From the NCBI GenBank assembly GCA_023213395.1, contig CM041465.1:81847741-81911740 (forward strand): 64,000 bases of DNA, written 5' to 3'. This DNA comes from Cycas panzhihuaensis (taxonomy: Eukaryota; Plantae; Cycadophyta). The translations under genes and the position numbers were made by a program. Below are positions 53,064 through 64,000 of the stretch, one piece after another (the first letter of the stretch is position 1; each line of letters opens with the position of its first letter). The notes under the pieces were generated by a model. The model was not told the origin of the DNA, did no database searches, and saw nothing but the letters and a program-made list of their open reading frames with translations.

Positions 53064-53960
53064 TGTGATTACACTATGGATCACTTTTTACAAATAAGTA
53101 AGTGATCAATATACAAGATTGTAGGCCAATGTAGAAGTTGACATCATTGGGTTTACACAACTTAAAACTCGAATGTAGGATGCGTAATCAACCCAATAAC
53201 CTCTAACTTGTGTCCAACGTGTAGTTGAGGTTGTTGAAGGAATGCCTAGGCCTCTAGTAGAATTAATTTGGCCTTCACCCGCGATACCCACAATCATGCT
53301 TGGTGATGAAATCCAAGTCACAACGGAGCCCAGGTACTCCCAATCCTCACCCAGTTCACCAATGAGCAGCTATATACCTCCTCTAAAGAGTGGTACGTGC
53401 ATACCCATGGTTATGATGGATATTAGATCAGGTATATTTTAATCTTGTATTAAAGTTTTAGTTTTCCCGGTTGGTTATCAGGATGATCCCTGATTGAGGC
53501 ACGATGGTATGGCTAACCAAACCTCACCAATATTCTGGTTTAGTCCAGTCCCAACTTGAAACCCACACCTCCTTTATGGCACGGCATTCTGCCAACCAAG
53601 GTATCTCAACCTTGGCGAGTGTGTGAACAGGTACAAGATGGCAGAAAATAGTGTACGTGATGCATTCCTTTTAGGAAGAGTGAAAAGATTATCGAATTGC
53701 ATCAAATGTACATTTAATTGAAAATAATGCTTGCTTGGAGTGCTTTTGGAGTGCTTGCTTGAAGTGTCTTTGGAGTGCTTTCTTTGAGTGATTTTAGAGT
53801 GCTGAAATGCAATGCTAATAAGTGAGTGAGGACACCGGATATTGCTATGATCCAGGTGTTTTTTTCTCACTTTTACAATGGGCTTTTAAGCCTTATAAAA
53901 AGGGGGAAATTTTCTTCACTTTTTTTTCTTTTTTTTTTGTTAATACAAAAAAAAGTACTC

Positions 53961-54300
53961 TTCACTAAATCTACAATAACTTTCTCCCACGATGTCGAAA
54001 TGGAGTACCGGTTTTTGTGCTACAAACTAGACTGAGAGATTCATCTTCAGGAAGTGGAATCGGGTCCAAATGAGCTCTGGAAAGTGTTTTACTGCCCCGC
54101 AAAGTTAGGAAATTATATTTTTCCAGAATTCTTACTAAAAATAACTGCTGTTCACTAAAATAGCAATAACTTCCTCATACGACATCCAAATTAGGTGCCG
54201 ATTTTTGCACTAGAAATTAGACTCAGAGCCCCATCGTTAAAAATTAGAATCACTTCAATTGGATCTTTGTAGAAGATTTTGCAGACCTGTGAAGTTCAGC
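53961..54300. repeat. ~190-bp-period duplicated module in the A' leader
   Basis: TTCACTAAA..CAATAACTT..TAGACT at 53961 and 54151; also duplicated in A'' (~61300-61670). Confidence 0.7.
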
Positions 54301-55229
54301 AATCAAATTGTATTTCTGTAGAAATTTCAACTTGCTAATATCTCATTACCACATGATACCATATGAAATTTCCATCATTTTTTGATCACCAGGATTCCAA
54401 TATGGGCAAGGTGAGAGCATACAATGATAGATATTTTAAATGGCTCAAAATTCTTTTAAAAAGCGGGTAAAACTCCCTTACAATCATTCTTCTAAATCTT
54501 TGGAAAAATTTTGACATTTCCCCTTGTTAAATGGACAAAAAGGGAAAAGAAAAGAAGAATGAGATAGCATGAATGGCCAGCAAAGGATTGGAATCCTTGG
54601 GCCTTACAACTCCTTGTATTATGCTTCCAAACCTGCAAAAGATAAAGGAAAAATAAATAATACAAAATATGCTATCATAATAACTTGAAAATATTTCTAA
54701 ATTCACTTTCACAATCTCGTTCACCACATGGATTATGGGGGAGAAGGAAGTGATGGCTCTATTGCAAGTGCAAGTGGAGAATATGAAGGAAACAAGCTCT
54801 GATACCACATGTAAAGAGTGGATCTATCCTTCATCTCCACGCACTAAACACAAAGGCAAACATGGGAGCAAGAGAGACTTGAGAGAAAGAAAGTAGCTCT
54901 CATAAAATAGGGAGGTAAGAATGAATCTCCTCCATTGAGCTTTACTTTTATATTGAGAGATGGAGCATTTGAGTTAGGTGAAATGAAATTACACATAATG
55001 CACATGAAAGTGCATTTCACTTAAGTGATCTAATTTAAAGTTCACTTAAGACCCTTTTTCGAAATAATCAACTAATGTAATGACCTTATGTCATTAACCC
55101 TTTTCATAGTTAGTGTTCGGTGCCCTTGGAAGCATGCTTGTGAGCCAAAGGAAGACATTAAGGTGTATTTTATCCTACAGACATTTATTTTTGGTATCAA
55201 TCAATTTATATTAAAGCTTTTTTCTTGAG

Positions 55230-58200
55230 ATGGAGTGCATTATACCCAAATTTATCTTTAATGGTAATAATTTTAGCGAATGGAAGGCCAATTTGTAGCT
55301 TGTTTTGATGGTGAATAACCTCTGGGAAATCACTAAGACGAAAGTGGATGTGATTCCATTAGACTATAAGGAGTGAATTTATCTCAAAGAAAATAAATTT
55401 ATGGCTATGGGACTATTGAAGCTATCACTAGCACTAGATGAGAGAGTGTTGGTTCAAAATCTAGATGAATCAGATGAGATATAGACAAAACTATATGATA
55501 CATTGAAAAGAAGCTGATGAATAGGCATCTTATACTAATGTTGGAATTACTCAACTCGCATGTGGAGGATGAGAATAACATCAGCTCCTACCTTAACAAA
55601 ATCACAGACTTAAAGAACAAGCTAGAAGAACTATAGCAGAACATGATTGATGATGCCTTATTATTCGCTATAATCATGTCAAAGCTACCGGTTGTATTTT
55701 CCACTTTCCAGACCATTTATGGTAGAGAAGAAGTGATGGAAGTAGAAACATTTGAAGAGCTTAAAAACCTAATTCTATCAGAGGATGCTAAGCTTAAACA
55801 TTATGGAATACTTGGAGGTTCTGATTTAAGTCATGCCCTAGCCATGGAAACTTAGAGAAAGAAGGTCACTAAGGAGGAGAAGATCAAACAGAGGTTAGGA
55901 GAAAGTTCACAAGATAAGAAGTTTAATGAAAAATATAATTACTACAAGAAGGAAGGTGATCGCAAAAAAATTTGTTGGTTCAAGCATTGTGACAAGCACA
56001 AAATTAACCAAGATGATAAAGGGAAAAACATTGTTGCTTATTGCATCAGAGCACAGACCTTATCAACTAAGTCTGATTAGAGAGATTATTGGGTGCTTGA
56101 CTCTGGAGCACAGAAGCATATCTCTTATTAGAGGTGGAACTTTGATACAATGACCAAAAATTAGAGTGGTGTTAAAATCATCCTTGGAGATGCTTGCATC
56201 TTACCGATGGAAGGTACCAATGAAGTATCCATTACAGGAGGTAAGATTACCAGTTTATGCTATGTACCCAAGATGCAATTAAATCTTCTTTCAACTTGAG
56301 GGACCTACAAACAAGACATGAAGGTGGAGCTCTACGATAATAAATGCTTGATTAAGCATACAAAGTAGAACTTTGTTGTTATTGCTACTAGCAAAGCCAG
56401 GGATAATTTCTGGGTATTTAAAAATTTTTAATCTTAGAAGAAGTCCTATGCCTTTGTTGCTAGTGTGGATGATGTGAGTAAACTATGGCACAATTGCCTA
56501 GGGCACCTTAATTATAAGTGCATTGAATTACTAAAGAGGTTGAAAATAGTAGAAAGATTACCATTAGTTTCCTACTTAGATAGTGTTTGTGAAAGATGTA
56601 TATATAGTAAGCATCACTACTACCCTTTTTCTCAAGATAATGTCTGAAGAGACAACGAGAAGATGGAGCTTGTGCACTTAGATATAATGGGACCACTCCC
56701 TAACCCTTCAATATCAAGAGCTTGATATACCATTGTGTTTTTGGATGATTACACTAAGAAGGCATGGATATACTTTTTCAAGAACAAGTCAGATATGTTT
56801 GATCTCTTCCGTGATAGGAAATCAATGGTGAAAAATGAATGTGATAAGAAAATAAAATATTTAAGAAGTAATAATAGTAAGGAACATGAAAACTATACAT
56901 TCAATCAGTTCTATCATGATCATGGTATAAAGTAAGAATTTATGGTCTTATATACCCCATAACAAAATAGAGTTGCTGGAAGGAAAAACCATACCATGAT
57001 AGAGATTGCGAGGTATATGGTTGACAGTAAAAACCTACCATCAATGTTTTGGATAGAAGCTATGGCAACTGTTGTTTATATTTTGAATTAGGTACCTACT
57101 CAGGCAGTTCATATCATGACCCCCAAAGAGAAATAGACCAGTCAAAAGCCTATCATTAGCCATTTACTAACCTTTGGGTGTATAACATATACCCATATCC
57201 TAGATGATACCCACAAGAAACTAGATTGAAAGAGTCTAAAGTGCATATTCATGGGGTATTGCACTGAGAATAAAGCCTACAAATTATGGGATCCACAGGG
57301 AGAGAAGATTATAGTTAGTTGGGATGTAAAATTTGATGAGTCATCGGCATATCATGCTGACAGATCATCAAAGAAGCCTTTTTACCTCCCCTTCTTCCAT
57401 TCCAAGATTTATCAAGTGAGGAGGATGATAAGCTAGTCAATGGAACACTTGAGGAAGTAGGACCAAGTGGGATGAGTAATAATGAGGAGCCACTATAAGA
57501 TGAAGTACCTCTAGCAATAGGTCCTTTAATACCTTTATGGGAAAAGAGGACTCTCTAAGATTCTAGTGTGGCAATGCATACCTTGACTAATGATAAAAGA
57601 ATAAGAAGTTAGCATGCCAGTCAAACTTTTCTGGTAGCACCGACGACTCCAATGATCTTAATTCATTCAATGAAGTGAAAGGAGATCCATGATAGAGAGC
57701 TGCGATAGAGAAGACGTATAGTTCTTTACTGAAGAATGATACATGGGATTTAGTTCCACTCCTTCCAATGAAAATATATATATCACAGTCTCTAGGATTC
57801 ATTAAGGATGGCCAAGAGCATCTTGTTTACCATTTGAAGAAGTTAATCTATGGCCTAAAATAAGCACCCCATGCTTGGTATGAAAAGATGGATACTAAGT
57901 TGAAATCTAAAGGTTTCAAGATTTCAGAACTCAACCTGAACATATATGTGAAGAGAAGAGGGACTTTAATAGTTGCTTGCATGATGTATATGGATGATTT
58001 GATCATTGGCAGTAATTATGGTAAGGCTATTGCTAAAGTCAAATATAATATAAGAGCTTCATTTGACCTGACAGACCTCAGGAGACTTCACTACTTCTTA
58101 GGCATTTAGATCAGGCAGATGGATGACAAGATCATATTGTTATAGTCATAGTTTATGAAGAACTTGCTGGAGAAATTTAGAATGTATAATTACAAACTGG

Positions 58201-58930
58201 TTGTAACACCATATGTAAAAGGTACAAAGTTACAAAAGGATATGGCTAAGCCCTCTATAGATGGAACAAAGTATCACCAGTTGGTAGGGAGTCTAATTTA
58301 TTTAACTCATACTAGGCCAGATATTATATCTACTGCTAGATTGGTTTTCCACTATATGTAGAATCCTCAAGAGCCTCATTTGGTTATAGTGAAGCAGATT
58401 CTAAAGTATTTGAAAGGAATAATCAATCTTGGTTTCAAATACCATTGAAGTGAAGAGATAAAGTTGCATGGCTACACAAATGCTAATTGGGAAGGAGACT
58501 TTGATGATCAGAAGTTCACTGTTGAATACTTATTTAGTGTTGGTAATGGATTTATTTCATGGTAGTTGAAGAAACAATAGACAGTGGTACTATCTTCTAT
58601 AGAGGGTGAATATCAAGGACTCAATATTGGTGTGAATGAAGCCATATGGTTATAAGGTCTCTTAGAGATTCTTAGAGTTTCTAATGGACATCTGGTTATC
58701 TTTGTTAATAATTAGAGTACCATTTACCTATTGAAGAATCCAGAGTTTTATATGAGTACGAAGCATATTGAGATTCAGAACCACTACATTGGTGAACAAA
58801 TCGAGTTAGGGAAGTTGTAGGTTGACTATTATTTGAGTGAATTCTAGCTTGTGGACATGTTCACTAAGCCACTCACTAAAGATCAATTCACAAAGATGCA
58901 TATTAAATCAGGACTTGCCAATATTATCCT
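55230..58930 (+). pseudogene. Decayed gag-pol of copia B with an internal RT deletion
   Basis: MECIIPKFIFNGNNFSEWK, WVLDSGA protease, FLDDYTKKAWIY integrase, YMDDLII RT, DMFTKPL RNase H; about 80 codons missing at ~57770. Confidence 0.9.
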
Positions 58931-59395
58931 TGAAGGGGGATATATCGACAAGGATAAAGAAGCTATAGGACAGTCTTAGCCTTCATGATAACACAACTGT
59001 TGCAATTAGTAGGCTCCCCACATTCACATTAAAGGGGGATATTAATATGGCAGTTAATTGTTAATCCACCATGTTAATGTTAATATGGTTTAACTAAAGT
59101 GATTAAGCAAAAAGGTGTGACTTAATTAGATGATCATGACCCTAATCGGGGAACACCTCTTCAAAGAGTATAAAAGCCTTGAGGCCTTGTGTATTTAATA
59201 TATCAAGCTATTATGAAATAATCAATGTGATCCATTAAGGATCCTTTTGTGGTGGGTTTTTTCTCAAAAGTGTTTTCCCACATAAATCCTATGTATTGTG
59301 CATCTATTTTCTATGTGTATATTTGTTTTCTTATTATGTATGGTTAAAGATTTTGTGGTTGGGAGTATTTGTGTATGATTTCATATTCTTGAACA

Positions 59396-60510
59396 CCAAG
59401 GTTAGATAAGAAGCATTCTAAAATTAAAATTAAAATCAATAATGGTGACTTTAGACATGATGGTTTCACCTTCAAGTATGAGAGGAAGGGTAACTTGGCC
59501 TATGGGGATCTTCTGGTTTTTCTCAATCCCTTGACAGACCTAATCAACTGTCTCCTAGGCTTCCAAAATCTTTGAGAAATCATAGTGGAGTAGTGTTAAT
59601 TGTGGACCCTTTATCAACTATACACCTCTTAATCTTAATGTCATATTTTATTATTTCTTTGTAAAAGGGTGAGGTTTCATTTCTCTTCATATTATAAAAG
59701 ATTGGGATCAAAAGTGATAATTGGATTCCCAAGAGAAGATGGCCTAGGAACCCCCAAGTTGTCTAAAAGGAGTTACTTTTATTTTAGGTAGCTTTTCAAA
59801 AGATCCAAGATAAAGATTCTAGTAAGAATAGTCTTCAACTCTTATACAAATAAGAAAGAGTCCTCTTTAGTTAGTTACATAATAGAACTAAAACATATAG
59901 GTCTAACAAGTAATTGAGGGGGACTATTTGAAGACTTGTCTTTAGATAAAATATTAGAATCATTCACCTTAGTTGAGGTGGAAAACTTACAAGAATCTAC
60001 CATATTAAAGGTCTTCTTAGAGTCATCTCCCTTTATGGGAGGTTTATTTAGGGGATTAATCTTTCTAATGTTTCATTTATTGGGAGGCAAACCTTCATCA
60101 TTTTTCTCAAAGTTAGAATCTAAAGAGCTAAAGAGTCATGAATGTTATCAACTTTTACCTTACCGTTATCTTATAGAAGTTTCTTAGTATAGTTAGGTAA
60201 TGGGTCCTTATGAATGAGTTGGTCTTGATTAGGTTTAAAGATAGGTTTCTCATTCACCTAACCACACCCATGATTAACTTGAGTTTGTTATATTACTCAT
60301 CACTATATATATCCATTTGGTGGTATGTGCATTAAGGCATCCTTTTAGGTGGAAGGGTATTAGGAGGTTAATCCCTCTTTTGTTAAATGAATTGGATATT
60401 TTTTATCTCTTTCTTTATTTTAGGGTTAATATTAATATAAAATTTTATGTTGATTAACCTCTTAAGTGCTCAAATGATAGAGGTAAGCTAATCATACATG
60501 CATTTACCTT
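59396..60510 (-). mobile_element. Protease-side segment of a Tat-like gypsy, probably the continuation of 36762-45971
   Basis: Minus-strand PIGQVTLPL..IIDFNFNFRMLLI*PW ends at the copia B 3' LTR boundary. Confidence 0.6.
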
Positions 60511-61906
60511 TGAAACAGGTTAGTGTCATAAGGCCATTATATTAGTTGATTATTCCTAAAAGGATCTTAAGTGAACTTTAAATTAGATCACTTAAGTGAA
60601 ATAAACTTTCATGTGCATTATGTATAATTTCATTTCACCTAACTCTAATGCTCCATCTCTCAATATAAAAGTAAAAGCTCAATGGAGGATACTCATTATT
60701 ACCTCCTCATTTTGTGAGAGCTACTCTATTTCTCTTAAGTCTCTCTTGCTCTCATGTTTGCCTTTATGTATAGTGCATGGAGATGAAGGATATATGCGCT
60801 CCTTACATGTGGTATCAAAGCTTGATTCCTTCATATTCGTCACTTACACTTACAATAGAGCCATCACTTCCTTCTCCTCTATAATCCATATGGTGAAGGA
60901 GATTATAAAATCATATTTGAAAATATTTTCAATCTTTTATCAGAGCATACTTAGTATTGTTTACTTTTCCTTTCTCTTTTATAGGTTTGAAAGTACAATA
61001 CAAGGAGTTGTAAGGCCTAAGGATTTCAATCCTTTGGTATCTATTTATACATATCTCATTCTTCTTTTCTTTTCCCTCTTTTTGTCTATTTAATAAAGGA
61101 AAATACTGCAAATTTTTTTCTAGCATTTAGAAGAATGTTTGTAAGGGGAGGTTCTATCCATTTCTTTTAAGAATTTAGAGCTATTTATAATATTCTTCAT
61201 TGTATACTCTTACATTGCTTATTTTATAATCCTGGTATTAAAAAAAATAACAGAAATTTCATATGGTATCATGTGTTGATGAGATATTTATAAGTTAGAT
61301 TTTATGTAGAAATAAAATCTACTTACTAAATTTCATAGGTCTGCCAAAAATTTTATAGAGCTCAAATTGACCTAATTTTAATTATTGAAGATGTGGCTCT
61401 AAGTCTAGTTTCTAGTACAAAAATTGGTACCCAATTTCATTATAGTATGAGAAAGTTATTGTTATTTTAGAGAAAAATAGTTACTTTTAGTAAGGATTTT
61501 AAAAATATATATTACGTTCACTTTGTTGGGCTACTAAAAATTTTGCAAAACCTATTTTGACCTAATTCCACTTCCTAAGGATGTGGCTCTAAGCCTAGTT
61601 TGTAACACTAAACTTGGAACTTAATTTCGTTGTTATAGGAGAAAGTTATTGTTATTTTAGTGAAGACTACTCCTTTGTTAAACAAAATGAAGAAAATTTC
61701 TTCCTTTTTTAACGCTTTAAAGCCCAATGTAGAAGTGAGTGGAAAACACCTAGATTAGAGTAATATATAGTTCCCTCACCTCACTTCTCAACATTTTATT
61801 TTAGCACTCCAAAAGTACTCCAAGTAAGTACTCTAAGCAAGCACTCCATTTTTAGTTACATGTACATTTGATGTAAATTCAATAATTTTTTCACTCTCTC
61901 TAAAAG
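60511..61906 (+). mobile_element. 5' LTR (60511-60807), PBS and leader of an older A'-family copy (A''), interrupted at 61907
   Basis: 297-bp LTR homologous to the A' LTR; TGGTATCAAAGC at 60810-60821; leader colinear with 54795 down to ~53670. Confidence 0.9.
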
Positions 61907-64000
61907 TGTAGGATTTAAAAACATAGAGATAGAGCAAAGCAATAAGTAAAATGATCAATCTATTATATTGTAGAGCATAACTAAATATTATATTCAATCT
62001 ATATTTAAGGGCATATACAAACTTCCAAAATAGAGGTTGTATCTAAAGACACTAGGGATTATCACCCCAATAAATATATAGTTTGAGGGAGGAGGGAAAC
62101 CTCATCAACCTCTAAAATTTATAAATATATTAAAATAATGCTTAACTAAAGTAACACTTAACCTTACCTTATCTTCATATATGTGTACTCACATGTGTGA
62201 ATGGTAGGAGTGGGGTGATGAACATTAACCTAAACATTCTCCTCCTCAATAATTATCACAAATATCTTTACTTTTCCTTGAACTTGCGTTACATGTATTT
62301 GAGGTAGACTTTGAGTGAGTACTTGAACAAATGCCCTTTTACTTTGTTTTCATTTTCATACATCATTGTCCTTATATAGTGGTTTCCTTCAATATGATAT
62401 AGTTCAAATGATTTCCAAGTAAGTATGACTTGCTTCAAATGAAGAAGAGTGGCTGCATCTTTGACTTTATCTTCTAGAATATTTGTTACACCATCATCCT
62501 GTGCATCAATGTGATCATTCTTTTGATTTGAGTCTTCTACATTAGTCTCTTCAACATAGAATACTTGCTCTGATATCTATCTCACATATACATTATCATC
62601 ATAGTTAAATTCATTCACATTGAGGGTTTCTCCCCCATAAATAGATTCTAGTGTATCCCAAATAGATTTTGATGTAGTTAATTCACTAACATGAATAAAT
62701 ACATCGTCATTCATTGTACTAAAGATTAAAGTTATGATTTCATTGTGCTTTCTTAGGTTTTCCTTAAAATTCTCTTCTTGCTCTAGGTAACCACATACAA
62801 CAAAATTCTAAATATCTTTTGCAATAAGAAATGTTTTCAATAATCCTTTCCATACATGAAAATTAGTCCTATCTAGTGTGGGAATTAGTACATCATCCAA
62901 ATAAAATGTCATTTGAAATGCGTTTTAGTTTTTGAGGTTGAATAAGTAAATGACCTTATATGTATGAATAACACAAAGTGGTCAATAAGTGTTTTCCAAT
63001 AAATATGAATCCCTTAATCTAGGTAGGTGAATGATGCAATCAAATGCATATCTTTTGAAACAAAAATGTTTCCATTTGTATGGAACTAAATCAATTAATG
63101 CTTTTATGAAAGTAAGGATCTATATGCTCCATTAAGGCTTTAACAAAGCAAATCTAAAATATAATTGTCTTTAATGATGAAATGATAGATATTCAATGAT
63201 ATTCTTCAATTAAGCTTGAATCTTTCAAAGCTAAGGAGTAGTTAATGTAAAATGAATGACCTTTATCAATGTAAAATGAATTATGCTAGATTATGAAAAT
63301 AATTAGATATCCTTTTAAAAGTAGTATATTCCTTTGAAAGTAGTAAAGAACTAAAAGTATAAAGTGTAATATTTACTTTAAAAGATAGAAAATATCTAAA
63401 AATAACAAGTTTCTTCTAAGAAATATAGAAAATGAACAAATAGAACACAAAATATACCTATTTGATTAGGTAGTTCCACTTAGGTTGAAGTACTTAAAAT
63501 CTACCTTCTTACTACCAAAAAGACTTAATAAATACAAATAAAGAATAATAATCGCTTCAAGAATAAACTATTAGTGATCAATAAAGCAAATATAATTTTT
63601 TGAGATAATGTAATGCTTGAAAGGTTATATGATAATGCCTATAAGGACTAAATAAGAAGTTAAAGGTAACTAGCTTTAAACACCTACCAAATGAAGTCAG
63701 AATTGAGTAAAACCTATTTCAAATTGAATAATATCAAATATCCTTTCTGACAGATTTGACCATTTGGGAAACTAATTATTGGAACTCAAGATTTTAAAGA
63801 ATATGTGTAGAGACCCCTTTTAGGGCTTGAATAGGAACCATGAGGTTAAAATATTATAAAAATAAATTATAACTTTATAAATCTACTCACTTATAGATTA
63901 AAAACCTTTTAATGTAACTTGTTCGAAAAAATCTTGAAGAAAATACTTTAAAAAATGTTGAATAATGAAGAACTAGGTTTGATTAAGTATCTTAACTTCA
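61907..64000 (-). mobile_element. Copia element D (3' LTR 61907-62236, PPT, gag remnant); probably non-autonomous; runs off the window end
   Basis: TGTAGG...CCTAAACA followed by TTCTCCTCCT (reverse PPT); gag start at 62912, MTFYLDDVLIPTLDRTNFHVWK..TSKSIWDTLESIYG, only ~670 bp from the LTR. Confidence 0.7.

Larger units (their letters stand above)
47508..55106 (-). mobile_element. Full-length young Ty1/copia element A' (sister family of A)
   Basis: LTRs 47508-47804 and 54810-55106 (297 bp, TG..CA, 5 mismatches counted); PBS 54796-54807; PPT 47805-47817; TSD TAGTT on both sides. Confidence 0.97.
45972..59395 (+). mobile_element. Ty1/copia element B with 5'-truncated 5' LTR; interrupted by A'
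   Basis: 5' LTR remnant 45972-46152 matches 59215-59395; PBS TGGTATCAGAG 46153-46163; PPT AAAGGGGGA 59031-59039; 3' LTR ~59040-59395. Confidence 0.9.

Noticed and set aside
53330-53520. 5S rRNA-like words (GCCATACC, AGTAC) as in Cassandra TRIMs
   Set aside because: Spacing is far longer than in 5S RNA and the intervening sequence does not align.
60611-61093. 160-aa hydrophobic ORF over LTR/PBS (partly open in A' at 54527-54808)
   Set aside because: A' has an in-frame stop in the LTR part and no ATG start; the differences are largely non-synonymous transitions, consistent with neutral T-rich sequence.

Overview
AT-rich nuclear DNA of a land plant, almost entirely nested and decayed LTR retrotransposons. 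The only host gene is an intronless germin-like protein (GLP, cupin) gene at 13623-14284, in a CpG-rich island. It carries a frameshift and lacks both canonical disulfide cysteines. Two full-length Ty1/copia elements have both LTRs and a target-site duplication (TSD): old copy A at 28575-36221 (+, TSD GAAAT) and young sister A' at 47508-55106 (-, TSD TAGTT, 5 mismatches over the 297-bp LTRs). A' sits inside copia B (45972-59395), which sits inside a Tat-like Ty3/gypsy element (-). That gypsy carries an antisense Plant Mobile Domain (PMD/MAIN-like) pseudo-ORF with repeat arrays beside it. Also present: a CRM-like gypsy (20213-25608), further copia/gypsy fragments, solo LTRs, a possible LINE remnant and a possible non-autonomous mini-gag copia. 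Most promising leads: (1) a ~450-nt multi-hairpin non-coding block conserved in two copia leaders, with a core motif shared by a third family; (2) the antisense PMD ORF preceded by a palindromic ~20-bp-phased ACGTG-like array; (3) the Cys-less frameshifted GLP. All alignments and translations were done by eye; boundaries of old fragments are approximate.
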